DNA of 64,000 nt from a virus (taxonomy: Duplodnaviria > Caudoviricetes), in IMG/VR virus record IMGVR_UViG_3300047557_002530; one strand, 5' to 3'. Of the stretch, positions 9,145 through 18,432 are shown in pieces. The notes under the pieces are model-generated. The model was not told the DNA's origin. It did no database searches and was given only the letters and a program-made list of their open reading frames with translations. How positions within the stretch are numbered: position 1 is the first letter of the stretch; the number at the start of each line of letters is the position of its first letter. Position numbers and translations under genes: made by a program.

Positions 9145-9514
9145 TATTTTACATAGAGGTCACCTTGAACTTTTGAACTATGCAAAAAGTCTTGGTGACT
9201 ATTTGTGTGTTGGTATTGATACTGATGAAAGAGTAAAAGAAAAGAAGGGTCCTACGAGACCTATACATAATCAAGATGAAAGAAAATTTTTCCTAGAAAA
9301 TTTAAAGGCAGTAGATGAGGTAAGACTTTTTTCTAGTGATGAAGAACTTGAGGGTTTGGTAAAATCCTTTAAACCTGATATAATGGTTGTTGGTTCTGAC
9401 TGGAAAGATAAGTCTGTAATAGGTTCTTATTATGCTGCTGAATTAATATTCTTTGATAGGATAGGAGATTATGCCACTACAAAAACCATACAAGATATTA
9501 TTGATAGGCGATAG
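9116..9514 (+). CDS. RfaE/HldE domain II-like nucleotidyltransferase (cytidylyltransferase family)
   Basis: NGTFDILHRGH (HxGH), VGIDTD, KPDIMVVGSDW. Confidence 0.9.
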   Translation: MNIFVNGTFDILHRGHLELLNYAKSLGDYLCVGIDTDERVKEKKGPTRPIHNQDERKFFLENLKAVDEVRLFSSDEELEGLVKSFKPDIMVVGSDWKDKSVIGSYYAAELIFFDRIGDYATTKTIQDIIDRR

Positions 9515-10220
9515 TTGTATTGATGAATATGTTTATGGAACCTGCGAAAGATTAAATCCAGAAGCACCTGTTCCAATCCTTAAGTTTTATAGGAAGGAAA
9601 GTAAGAATGGAATGGCTTGGAATGTAAAAAATAATCTCCAAGCATTTGGTATAGAAGTCTATATGCTTACTAACAAGGAAAGAATAGTAAAAACCAGATA
9701 CATTGATGAAAAATATAATCAACAGATTTTACGAGTTGATGTAGAAAATATTCTTTCTCCTATGGAGTATGAAATACCGAATGAAACATATGATGCATTA
9801 GTTATTTCTGATTATGATAAGGGATTTATCACTCAACAAAAGTTGTTTGAATTAGTTTCTAATTCTAAAATTCCCGTATTTGTTGATAGTAAAAAAACCA
9901 TCCTTCCAGAGTCAAATTGTTTTATTAAAATTAACGATAATGAATCAAAACTATTAAAAAGTAAACATAATAATCTTATCGTTACTAGAGGTTCTAAAGG
10001 AGCGGAATATGATGGCGTAACTTATCCTGGAGAAAAAGTAAGTGTATTTGATGTTTGTGGAGCAGGTGATACATTTTTGTCTGCTTTAGTTTACTTTTAT
10101 CTAGAATATGGTACAATAGAAAAAGCAATACCTTATGCTAATAAAGCAGCTGCAATAGCAGTTCAAAACTTTGGAACTTATGTTTTAAGTGGAGATGACA
10201 TTAATGAAATACGTCGTTGA
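9471..10220 (+). CDS. RfaE/HldE domain I-like PfkB sugar kinase
   Basis: IGDSCIDEYVYG..RLNPEAPVP, ISDYDKG, DVCGAGDTF. Confidence 0.9.
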   Translation: MPLQKPYKILLIGDSCIDEYVYGTCERLNPEAPVPILKFYRKESKNGMAWNVKNNLQAFGIEVYMLTNKERIVKTRYIDEKYNQQILRVDVENILSPMEYEIPNETYDALVISDYDKGFITQQKLFELVSNSKIPVFVDSKKTILPESNCFIKINDNESKLLKSKHNNLIVTRGSKGAEYDGVTYPGEKVSVFDVCGAGDTFLSALVYFYLEYGTIEKAIPYANKAAAIAVQNFGTYVLSGDDINEIRR

Positions 10221-10527
10221 TATAGATGGAACTATTTGTGATAAAGATGAAGGTAAAGATTATGCATCTTCTGTACCAAAAAGAGATAGAATAAAAGTAA
10301 TTAATCAACTTTATGATGAAGGACATTATATCGTTTATCTTACTGCAAGAGGTATGGGTAGGTATGATAATAATGCAAAACTTGCAGAAGCAGATTTGAG
10401 ATATATAACAGAACTACAACTTAAAGAGTGGGGTTGTAAATATCATAAACTGTTTATGGGTAAACCTGCGGGTGATGTCTACATAGATGACAAAGGAATT
10501 AATGCAAATGACTTCTTCGGAAATTAA
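10204..10527 (+). CDS. HAD-superfamily phosphatase (capsule-biosynthesis type)
   Basis: VVDIDGTIC (DxDGT), TARG, GKP, YIDDK. Confidence 0.85.
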   Translation: MKYVVDIDGTICDKDEGKDYASSVPKRDRIKVINQLYDEGHYIVYLTARGMGRYDNNAKLAEADLRYITELQLKEWGCKYHKLFMGKPAGDVYIDDKGINANDFFGN

Positions 10528-10864
10528 ATTTGTCCCTAAAGGATGGGGATTCGAAAAATGGATTGTTAATTGTGAAGAGTACTGTGGAAAACTTCTTTAT
10601 TTTGTAAAGGGGAAAAGATGTTCTTGGCATTTTCATAAACTGAAAGATGAAGTTTTCTATTTACAATCTGGAAAAATTTTGTTAAAATATCATCATGAAG
10701 ATGATATTGCTTTGGCGCATGAACTAATCTTGGAAAAAGGTGATAGGTTTCATGTTTATCGTGGATTAAGACATCAAATGTTTGCTCTTGAGGATACTGA
10801 ACTTTTCGAATTCTCAACACAGCATTTCGATGAAGATAGTTATCGTGTAATTAAAGGAGATTGA
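10508..10864 (+). CDS. cupin-fold sugar isomerase (mannose-6-P isomerase / lyxose isomerase-like)
   Basis: VPKGWGFE, SWHFHKLKDEVF, H-x-M..E cupin motifs. Confidence 0.75.
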   Translation: MTSSEIKFVPKGWGFEKWIVNCEEYCGKLLYFVKGKRCSWHFHKLKDEVFYLQSGKILLKYHHEDDIALAHELILEKGDRFHVYRGLRHQMFALEDTELFEFSTQHFDEDSYRVIKGD

Positions 10865-10865
10865 A

Positions 10866-12413
10866 ATGAGTTTTGAGATTAAGCTAGTTGAGGGAATGCA
10901 TCGTGGATTTCTCTCAAACTATCTTACTATTTTGACAAGTTTTAGAACACTTGAAAATAAAGGAATTGATTTAAATCAAGTCTGTGTTTCTCCATCAATG
11001 TTCATGTTGTATGGAACTGCAGATCATTGGTTTGATTCTTCTCGCGTATCTGATGATGCTAGTAAGGCATTTAATGCTCAAGATGGATGGGATTGTGATT
11101 ATCCTTGGGCATCTTTTAGAGACTTTGATTTGAATAAGTATCGTAAGTACTTACCTTATAATGAAAGAATGCAAACGAAGATTGATAGTATTCCTAAAGA
11201 AAAATATAAAAATGCTTTGGGTGTTCACTATCGAGGAACTGATGGTGTAGGGCATACTGAATTTGTCGCTATTGAAAAATACTTAAAGGCGACAGAAGAA
11301 GAGTTTAATACTGGTGAATATGATTGTATATTTCTTACAACAGACCAAAGTAATGTGATTGGTGAGTTTAAAAACTATTTTCCTGAGGTTACAATTCACT
11401 ATCATGATCACCAACGTACCATGAGTACTGCTGGTTTGCATTACTCTATTCAAGCAGAACCCAATAGTTCTGAAAGAATTCTTGCAGGTGATGAAGTTTT
11501 AATTGATGCAACTACGCTATCAATGTGTAAAACTATCATTGGTAAGTCTTCAAATATTACTAACTATGCACGTATTCTAAATCCTTATGTTGAAATTCTT
11601 TATCAAGATTTGAATACTAGTAATGACCACGGAGACCACGCAGACCTTAATAGTAGAGGCTACCTAGAAAGGTTTCCTCAAATCAGAGTAAAAGATATTC
11701 AACCCTTTATTTTTAACTGGAATCGTCAGTTTGAAAAAACTTGTGCAATTGAAGACGCATTAAAAGAAGTATTTGGTGAGGTTACAGTCATCAATAGTGA
11801 CGATAACAATACTAGAGAGGGGTGGATTAACCTTGGAGATTCTGCTTACTTCACATCTCAATTTACTAAGGCACTAGAACTTTTTAAGGATGATAAGAAG
11901 GTTTTACTTCATATTCAGGGAGATACTGAATATAATGATTGGAAACAACTTGTTGAAGATGCAAGAAAGTATTACAATCTTTATGAGTGGGGAGTCTATG
12001 CTCCAGATGTGACTAACGTTTGGTATACTCCAGATCAAACTGATATTGAAGGATTAGAATCTGAAGATCCTAATATTAAAATGGTTGCTTGTACTGATGA
12101 AACAGTATGGTTTATTCATAGAGATGTAATTGCTGATTTTCGTAAGAGAGATCTTTCGAAAATTATGACCCCAGAAACAATGAAAATGGGATGGGGATGG
12201 GATCTTGTAATGAATGCAATCTCTTTTATTATGAAGAGACCTGTAATTAGAGATTATAATCATCAAATCCAACACGCACAGGGAACAAACTATAATAAAG
12301 AGACTGCAGGACAAGAAATGGCAAATCTATGGAATGGTCTCCCTAGTGATCTAAAAGAATGTATCGCCTATATCAAAGGTGACAGAGAAAAAATCGTTAA
12401 GTATTTTGAGTGA
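10866..12413 (+). CDS. two-domain glycosyltransferase-like fusion (NodZ-like N-terminus plus second GT-like domain)
   Basis: GVHYRGTD and FLTTD motifs in the N-half; distinct domain from about residue 275 (FIFNWNRQF...GWGWDL). Confidence 0.6.
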   Translation: MSFEIKLVEGMHRGFLSNYLTILTSFRTLENKGIDLNQVCVSPSMFMLYGTADHWFDSSRVSDDASKAFNAQDGWDCDYPWASFRDFDLNKYRKYLPYNERMQTKIDSIPKEKYKNALGVHYRGTDGVGHTEFVAIEKYLKATEEEFNTGEYDCIFLTTDQSNVIGEFKNYFPEVTIHYHDHQRTMSTAGLHYSIQAEPNSSERILAGDEVLIDATTLSMCKTIIGKSSNITNYARILNPYVEILYQDLNTSNDHGDHADLNSRGYLERFPQIRVKDIQPFIFNWNRQFEKTCAIEDALKEVFGEVTVINSDDNNTREGWINLGDSAYFTSQFTKALELFKDDKKVLLHIQGDTEYNDWKQLVEDARKYYNLYEWGVYAPDVTNVWYTPDQTDIEGLESEDPNIKMVACTDETVWFIHRDVIADFRKRDLSKIMTPETMKMGWGWDLVMNAISFIMKRPVIRDYNHQIQHAQGTNYNKETAGQEMANLWNGLPSDLKECIAYIKGDREKIVKYFE

Positions 12414-13213
12414 TGGATAAAAACAAATCAGTATTTAAACTTAAAGGTCTTCCTCAGATCTATTGGTTAAATTTAGACGCAGATACTCATCGTCGTGAGT
12501 ATATGGAATCTCAATTTAAATATTGGGAGATTGAAAATCATACACGTATTTCTGGTTATGACGGTAGAGTTGATGATGTATCCTCTCATTTGAAAGGGAG
12601 GATCCCTGATAATGTGTCGCAAAATGAGTTGGGATGTTGTATGTCTCACCTTAAAGCAATACGTCATTTTTATGAGAATACAAATGATGACTATTGTTTG
12701 ATTTTGGAAGACGATGTAAACCTTGACATTGCCAAATACTGGAACTTTACCTGGTCGGAGTTTTTCTCACTTCTCCCATATGATTGGGATTGCGTACAAC
12801 TCACCACTATTTGTACGGGAGATATTCACGTAAAACTACACTTAAAGTTTATTAATGATTTTTCTGCAGCAATCTACTTGATCAGTAGACATCATGCTGC
12901 TAAACTTATGAAACACCATATTCGGGGTGAAAAATATAAACTTGACAATGGGGTAAAACCAAGAGCAGTTTCTGAAGACACTATTTTGGAAACGGGAAAA
13001 ACGTATACGATTCCATTGTTCTTGTATAACTTGGATATGGGATCTGCTATTCATACTGACCACCTTAATATTTTCCATAAAGGTCCTCATGATGCTTTAT
13101 TAAACTGGTGGCAACAGTCTGGAGCAGATGTTGATATTAGAGAATATATGAATTATGATCCATATCTGGGTAGGATAACTGAAAATTCTGCCGCCCAATC
13201 CCAAAATGCTTGA
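12410..13213 (+). CDS. glycosyltransferase family 25
   Basis: YWLNLD..THRR, ELGCCMSH, ILEDD. Confidence 0.88.
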   Translation: MMDKNKSVFKLKGLPQIYWLNLDADTHRREYMESQFKYWEIENHTRISGYDGRVDDVSSHLKGRIPDNVSQNELGCCMSHLKAIRHFYENTNDDYCLILEDDVNLDIAKYWNFTWSEFFSLLPYDWDCVQLTTICTGDIHVKLHLKFINDFSAAIYLISRHHAAKLMKHHIRGEKYKLDNGVKPRAVSEDTILETGKTYTIPLFLYNLDMGSAIHTDHLNIFHKGPHDALLNWWQQSGADVDIREYMNYDPYLGRITENSAAQSQNA

Positions 13214-13243
13214 CACTCTTTTGGTTTCTCATTATACTAAATA
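13210..13243 (+). promoter_or_regulatory. stacked sigma70-type and T4-late promoter for the porin
   Basis: TTGACA(13210)-17-TATACT(13233) immediately followed by TAAATA (13238-13243). Confidence 0.65.
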
Positions 13244-13306
13244 AGTACTTAAGAATTCTGTTGTAATTCTTAACCTTTGTCCTATAGTACAAACAAAAAC
13301 AAATCT

Positions 13307-14773
13307 ATGAAATTCTTTCAACAACTGATGCTTGCACCTGTTGCTCTGGGAATGGTTGCTCCTGCTGCGATGGCGGCAGATCTTAATATGAGTGGAGTTA
13401 ACCAATATTCTTCAGATCAAGTTACAAGCGTCACTCAATTTTCTGATGTTCGTCCTACTGATTGGGCATATCAAGCACTCAGCAATCTTGTAGAGCGTTA
13501 TGGTTGCGTTGCTGGTTATCCTAATGGCACCTTCCGTGGTGAGCGTGCAATGACTCGTTATGAGGCAGCAGCACTTCTTAATGCTTGCCTAGATCGTGTA
13601 ACTGAAGTTACCGATGAACTTAAGCGTCTCCAAGCAGAGTTTGCACAAGAACTTGCTGTTCTTCGTGGTCGTGTAGACAAACTGGAAGCACAAGTTACAA
13701 CTCTTGAGGCACAACAATTCTCCACCACTACCAAACTTCGTGGTGAAGCAAACTTTGTTCTTGGTGGTGTTGATAACTACCAAACTAAAGGTGGTGATGT
13801 AACTCATACCGCATTCAACTATGATCTGCGTCTAAACCTGGATACTTCGTTCACTGGCGCTGATCTTCTCCGCACTCGTCTGCGTTCTTCTAACTTCAGC
13901 AGCAATCCTTTCGGTTCCAGTTCTTCAATCTTTAAGCTGGATAAAGCAGACAACACTGTTAGTGAAGTTGGCAACAACGTAGTTATTGACCGTCTGTATT
14001 ATCAGTTCCCTGTGTTCAACGGTAGCACTACCTTGACTGCTGGTGCTCTGGTTCGTAACACTGAAATGTCCTGGATTCCTACTGCTTATAAGTCAAACAT
14101 TCTTGACTTCTTTGCTGTTGCTGGTGCTCCTGGCGTTTATAACAAGGCAACTGGTTCTGGTTTCGGTATCCAGTATGGCAAGAAAGGTCTTGTTGCTGGT
14201 GTAAACTATGTGGCACAGAATGGTGCTGATAGTTCTACTGGTGAGTTTGACAAGTCTGGTGCTCTTAACACCTTGGCGCAGATTGGTTATCGTGGTACTA
14301 ATTGGGGTGCTGCATTTGGTTATCGTTATGGTACTGAAGGCACTCGTGTTCGCACCTACAATGGTCTGAATGGTGCATCTGGTGCCCTGGTTCCAGGACA
14401 AACCTCTAATGGTTATGCTATCAACGCATACTGGCAACCTACTCAATCTGGTTGGGTTCCCTCTATCTCTGGCGGTTATGGCTGGAACACTGTAAGTGGT
14501 ACTCAAAGTGCTGCTACCAACAGTCAGTCCTGGTTTGCTGGTCTGACTTGGGATGATGTGTTTGTTGATGGTAACTCTGCTGGCGTTGCTATCGGTCAGG
14601 CACCCACTGGTTCCGACCTAGAAAAGGCAACTATGCTTGAGATCTTCTACAAGTATCAAGTATCTGATAACATCAGCGTCACTCCTGCTATCATCTATGG
14701 TAGCGATAATCAACGTCTGGTTGGTAACTCTTCCAATTGGGGAGGAGTTGTGCAAACAACCTTCAAGTTCTGA
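13307..14773 (+). CDS. cyanobacterial Som-type outer-membrane porin (SLH domain plus OprB-like barrel)
   Basis: Signal peptide, FSDVRPTDWAYQAL...YGCVAGYPNGTF...TRYEAAALL SLH motif, QFSTTTKLRGE, C-terminal aromatic ...TTFKF. Confidence 0.93.
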   Translation: MKFFQQLMLAPVALGMVAPAAMAADLNMSGVNQYSSDQVTSVTQFSDVRPTDWAYQALSNLVERYGCVAGYPNGTFRGERAMTRYEAAALLNACLDRVTEVTDELKRLQAEFAQELAVLRGRVDKLEAQVTTLEAQQFSTTTKLRGEANFVLGGVDNYQTKGGDVTHTAFNYDLRLNLDTSFTGADLLRTRLRSSNFSSNPFGSSSSIFKLDKADNTVSEVGNNVVIDRLYYQFPVFNGSTTLTAGALVRNTEMSWIPTAYKSNILDFFAVAGAPGVYNKATGSGFGIQYGKKGLVAGVNYVAQNGADSSTGEFDKSGALNTLAQIGYRGTNWGAAFGYRYGTEGTRVRTYNGLNGASGALVPGQTSNGYAINAYWQPTQSGWVPSISGGYGWNTVSGTQSAATNSQSWFAGLTWDDVFVDGNSAGVAIGQAPTGSDLEKATMLEIFYKYQVSDNISVTPAIIYGSDNQRLVGNSSNWGGVVQTTFKF

Positions 14774-14823
14774 TAATCTACTTATAAGTGAATTGGACCA
14801 CCTCAAAGGGGTGGTCTTTTTTT
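14774..14823 (+). repeat. palindrome-plus-terminator module, copy 1
   Basis: TAATCTACTTATAAGTGAATTGGACCAC...GTGGTC-T tract; near-identical copy at 15619. Confidence 0.8.
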
Positions 14824-14853
14824 ATATATAAATACCTAAAAAGTATTAGTAAG

Positions 14854-15621
14854 ATGGACGCACAAGATTTTCGTAGTCTTCAAGAAGCATACTTGGATGT
14901 TTATGAAAGTTCTATTGGGAATAGAGCAAGAAATGCTGTTGCTGATGATAGACTTTCTGCAGACCAACAAAGTACAGATGCTTCAATGAATAAACTTAGA
15001 GCACAAGACAGGAGACATAAAAAGAGCACTGCTTTAGCAAGAGCACAAGCAACAATTGCTGCAGGGAAATCAGAAAATACGGCAAGAGCAATGCATCCAA
15101 ACCCAGGAGTTGGTGGTTATCGCATGGAACAAGCAGACTCCTACGACATCATCCTTTCACATTTACTTGATGAAAGATATGCAGAAACTATTGAAAGTGC
15201 AGAAGCAATTATGGTAAATATGAGTGAAGAGTGGAGACAAGATATTATGGAAAAAGAAAATAGTGAATATGAAAGAGCATCTGATGCAGCATTAGATTCA
15301 AGATATGGATATGGTAGAGCATCTGGTGATAAGCGTTCTTTCGGTAGAGCAGCAAATCGTTCGTCTGCTGCCGCAGCTCTTCGTGCTTTAAGAAGAGGTA
15401 AAAGAAGTGGTAGTGGAACTTCTACAGAAGCAGGCGCTGATGCAGTTCATCAAGGTTGGGCAAGAACTGCTAAAACAAGCACAGACCAAACACCAGAAAA
15501 GAAAGAAAGAAGAGCAAAACTTGCAAATACTCCATATTCACAACTTCCAGACGATGAAAAAGAAAAAGACAGAGTTTCTTTTAATGCTGTGAAGGCAGTT
15601 TATAAGAATAGAAATAGATAA
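14854..15621 (+). CDS. late-expressed hypothetical protein with C-terminal RyR-domain-like motif
   Basis: TATAAATA at 14827-14834; MDAQDFRSLQEAY start; C-terminal HQGW...PYSQLPDDEKEKDR. Confidence 0.7.
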   Translation: MDAQDFRSLQEAYLDVYESSIGNRARNAVADDRLSADQQSTDASMNKLRAQDRRHKKSTALARAQATIAAGKSENTARAMHPNPGVGGYRMEQADSYDIILSHLLDERYAETIESAEAIMVNMSEEWRQDIMEKENSEYERASDAALDSRYGYGRASGDKRSFGRAANRSSAAAALRALRRGKRSGSGTSTEAGADAVHQGWARTAKTSTDQTPEKKERRAKLANTPYSQLPDDEKEKDRVSFNAVKAVYKNRNR

Positions 15622-15670
15622 TCCACTTATAAGTGAATTAGATCACTTCTTTTTTGAAGTGATCTTTTTT
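15619..15670 (+). repeat. palindrome-plus-terminator module, copy 2
   Basis: TAATCCACTTATAAGTGAATTAGATCAC...GTGATC-T tract. Confidence 0.8.
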
Positions 15671-15686
15671 ATTGTTTAATGAAAAC

Positions 15687-15731
15687 CTTAACCAAATCTT
15701 AGTTGACCTTAAGATTGTCTTCTAGTATTAT
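15687..15731 (+). promoter_or_regulatory. pstS promoter with putative Pho box
   Basis: CTTAACCA(15687) and CTTAGTT(15698) 11 bp apart, abutting TTGACC(15703)-17-TATTAT(15726). Confidence 0.55.
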
Positions 15732-15755
15732 TACTTACGAAGTTATTCACTTTTT

Positions 15756-16718
15756 ATGAAACTCAAAAACTTTATTGCTGTTGGTCTGATTGCTGCTCCT
15801 GTTGCTGCAGTTGCTGGACCTGCTCTGAATGGTGCAGGTGCCACCTTCCCAGCACCCATTTATCAACGATGGTTTCAAGACTATGCACGAACTACTGGGA
15901 ATAGGGTTAATTATCAGTCCGTTGGTTCTGGTGCTGGTGTTCGTCAATTCCTTGCGGGAACGGTTGACTTCGGAGCAAGTGACGAATCAATCTCCGCAGC
16001 AGATGCCGCCAAAGTAAAGCGTGGTGTCGTTCAAATTCCTATGGTGGGTGGAACGATTGCTGTTGCTTATAACAAACCTGGATGTTCTCTGAAACTCACT
16101 CAGAAGCAAACTGTTGATATTTTTGCTGGTCGCATCAAGGATTGGAAAGCACTTGGATGTGCTGCTGGTCCTATCACCACTGTGTACCGCTCTGATGGTT
16201 CTGGAACCACCTATGCATTCACTAACTCTCTTGATGCTTTTGGTGGATGGGGTCCAGGTGTAGGTAAGGCAGTTAAATGGCCTACTGGTGTTGGTGCAAA
16301 AGGAAATGAAGGTGTTTCTGGTCGCATCCGTCAAACCCCTGGTTCTATCGGTTATGTGAATACTGGATTTGTAAAAGCAAATCGTATTCAAGCAGCAGCA
16401 ATTCAAAACAAGGCAGGTAAGTTTGTTCTTCCCACTGCCGCAACTGGTGCCGCTGCTCTGAATAACATCAAACTGGACGCAAACCTTGCTGGGGAAAATC
16501 CAAATCCTGCTGGTGCAAATGCATATCCTATTTCTACTCTGACTTGGGTTCTTGCATATCGCACTGGTAATGGTGCTAAGACTGCCGATATTCGCGCTGC
16601 ATTGAACTATGCTCTGAGTTCTAAGGCACAATCTATTGCTGATGACTTGGGTTACGTTCCTCTTAGTGGTTCTATTTTGAATCGTTCAAGGATTGCTGTT
16701 GGTCGTATTAGTCAGTAA
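15756..16718 (+). CDS. pstS: phosphate ABC transporter substrate-binding protein PstS
   Basis: GAGATFPAPIY, VGSGAG, DFGASD, RSDGSGTT, GAKGNEGV, YPISTLTW. Confidence 0.96.
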   Translation: MKLKNFIAVGLIAAPVAAVAGPALNGAGATFPAPIYQRWFQDYARTTGNRVNYQSVGSGAGVRQFLAGTVDFGASDESISAADAAKVKRGVVQIPMVGGTIAVAYNKPGCSLKLTQKQTVDIFAGRIKDWKALGCAAGPITTVYRSDGSGTTYAFTNSLDAFGGWGPGVGKAVKWPTGVGAKGNEGVSGRIRQTPGSIGYVNTGFVKANRIQAAAIQNKAGKFVLPTAATGAAALNNIKLDANLAGENPNPAGANAYPISTLTWVLAYRTGNGAKTADIRAALNYALSSKAQSIADDLGYVPLSGSILNRSRIAVGRISQ

Positions 16719-16749
16719 TTCCTAACAAAAATAAGTATAAATGACTACT

Positions 16750-16803
16750 GGGGTGCTTGACACCCCTTTCTTTTTCCTATATAATTGTGTAACAATTCGT
16801 AAT
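16750..16803 (+). promoter_or_regulatory. terminator-embedded sigma70 promoter plus HLR1-like box upstream of hli
   Basis: GGGGTG-CTTGA-CACCCC-T tract; TTGACA(16757)-17-TATAAT(16780); TGTGTAAC-AA-TTCGTAAT (16786-16803). Confidence 0.65.
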
Positions 16804-16812
16804 AAAACGAAA

Positions 16813-17022
16813 ATGACTGTAACTAAAAATGAGTTCGGGCAAATGAATATGTTTGCCAAAGAACCCGCGATGTATATGACCAAGGAAGACCTTGAGCGTT
16901 ATGGCATTGAACCCTATGCAGAAAAAGCGGAGAAAATGAATGGACGCACTGCCATGATTGGATTTGTGTGTGCTATTCTTTCTTATGCTCTTACTGGCAA
17001 ATTGTTCTTTGGTATTGTCTGA
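16813..17022 (+). CDS. hli: high-light inducible protein (Hli)
   Basis: AEKMNGRTAMIGF chlorophyll-binding motif and TGKLFFGI tail; start placed at ATG 16813. Confidence 0.9.
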   Translation: MTVTKNEFGQMNMFAKEPAMYMTKEDLERYGIEPYAEKAEKMNGRTAMIGFVCAILSYALTGKLFFGIV

Positions 17023-17109
17023 TGGGATATTTTGCTCTTTCTTCTATCGTATTGTTCATTATTATTTCAGTAATATATTAATACCTATCATTATAAATAC
17101 AAATAGAAA

Positions 17110-17634
17110 ATGGTAGGTATAAAAATGAGAAATAAAACTTTTAATATTGGCGATAAAGTATGGATGCTGACTATTGTTGGGCATTCTTTATTAGAACAAA
17201 ATAATGGAAGAAAAAGAAATTACTATCAATGTAAATGTGATTGTGGAAGTGAAAAAATAGTTTACGTTGAATCTTACAAACTAAAAAGTGGGAGATTTAA
17301 ATCTTGTGGATGTAAAAGAGCATCCACTGGTGGCATATCTAACACTAAAAAGTATAGAATGTGGAAATCTGCACAAGAGCGTGCTATTAAAAAAGGATTA
17401 GAATTTTCTATACGAGTGGAAGATATTGAAATACCAAAAACTTGCCCTTTATTGAACATAACACTCATCGAAGGTGATAGAGAATGTACTCCTTCACTTG
17501 ATAGAATTGATAGTAAAAAAGGATATACTCCAGACAATGTGTGGGTTATATCTCATAGAGCAAATCAAATAAAAAATGATGCTACACTTGAAGAATTAAA
17601 ACTCATAACAGAAAACCTATCAAAAATAACTTGA
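17110..17634 (+). CDS. free-standing HNH/His-Me-type homing endonuclease
   Basis: CKCDCG...SCGC, CPLL, SLDRIDSKKGYTPDNVWVISHRANQIK; TATAAATA at 17092-17099. Confidence 0.8.
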   Translation: MVGIKMRNKTFNIGDKVWMLTIVGHSLLEQNNGRKRNYYQCKCDCGSEKIVYVESYKLKSGRFKSCGCKRASTGGISNTKKYRMWKSAQERAIKKGLEFSIRVEDIEIPKTCPLLNITLIEGDRECTPSLDRIDSKKGYTPDNVWVISHRANQIKNDATLEELKLITENLSKIT

Positions 17635-17636
17635 CA

Positions 17637-17723
17637 ATGACTTCACTCTTGTTTACAATGACATCCGTTGCCTTCTTCGTTCTGTTGGCAGCATCCGTTG
17701 AAAAACTTTGCGAGACTTACTAA
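17637..17723 (+). CDS. 28-aa hydrophobic peptide upstream of petF
   Basis: [33 protein letters not shown] overlap with the petF start. Confidence 0.5.
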   Translation: MTSLLFTMTSVAFFVLLAASVEKLCETY

Positions 17724-18016
17724 TGGCTACTTTTAACGTCACTCTCCAATCTCCCGATGGCACTGAAACCACTATCGAATGTGCTGATGACCAGTACATC
17801 CTTGAAGCAGCAGAAGAGGCAGGTGTTGACCTCCCTTCATCGTGTAAAGCAGGCGCTTGCTCCGCTTGTGCAGGAAAACTCATCTCTGGTACAGTTGACA
17901 ATGAAGAACAGTCGTTCCTTGATGATGACCAACAAGCAGAAGGTTGGGTTCTCACTTGCGTTGCTTATCCCACAAGTGATTGTGTAATTCTCACCGAACA
18001 GGAAGAGAATCTGTGA
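17723..18016 (+). CDS. petF: plant-type [2Fe-2S] ferredoxin
   Basis: [15 protein letters not shown] (CxxxxCxxC) and [12 protein letters not shown]. Confidence 0.96.
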   Translation: MATFNVTLQSPDGTETTIECADDQYILEAAEEAGVDLPSSCKAGACSACAGKLISGTVDNEEQSFLDDDQQAEGWVLTCVAYPTSDCVILTEQEENL

Positions 18017-18324
18017 TTGGAAACCTTGAACCAGAAGAAACTGTTATGGGGACTGGTGGTATGTTAGGGCAGTTTGCAATTGCCCTTGAAAAACTTGGAT
18101 GGGATGCTAATGATGAAATCTCTGTAGAAATTGGAGGAGTAGCAGTAACAGGAACTGCTACTAGTCCAAATGCAAATCCAAAATGGGCAAAACCTTTTGG
18201 AACTGTATCCTACCAAAACGATGCTTTCATCGTAATTAAAAACAAGTCAAGGAACCCAGTTGTTCCTTCACAACCAAATCCTGAACTTAAACAAAAACAC
18301 CCTTATCAAGGAGAACAAAAATGA
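18013..18324 (+). CDS. hypothetical cyanophage protein
   Basis: ORF coupled to petF through a GTGA overlap. Confidence 0.7.
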   Translation: MIGNLEPEETVMGTGGMLGQFAIALEKLGWDANDEISVEIGGVAVTGTATSPNANPKWAKPFGTVSYQNDAFIVIKNKSRNPVVPSQPNPELKQKHPYQGEQK

Positions 18325-18428
18325 ACGAACGCGCAGAACGTATTAATGGTTGGTTTGCAATGATCGGTATTGTTGCGGCAATTGGGTCTTATGCCTTTAC
18401 TGGGCAGATCATTCCCGGAATTTGGTGA
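18321..18428 (+). CDS. hli: short high-light inducible protein (35 aa), missing from the ORF track
   Basis: [35 protein letters not shown]; RBS GGAG upstream. Confidence 0.92.
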   Translation: MNERAERINGWFAMIGIVAAIGSYAFTGQIIPGIW

Positions 18429-18432
18429 ATTA

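Noticed and set aside
13248-13276. Pho box in front of the porin
   Set aside because: CTTAAG and CTTAACCT half-sites are 21 bp apart, not an 11-bp multiple, and lie downstream of the promoter; support too weak.
14788-14853. Upstream extension of the 277-aa ORF
   Set aside because: It runs through a terminator and lies 5' of the late promoter; ATG 14854 fits better.
15987-16631. 214-aa antisense ORF inside pstS
   Set aside because: Shadow of a strongly biased coding strand; no RBS or recognisable motif.
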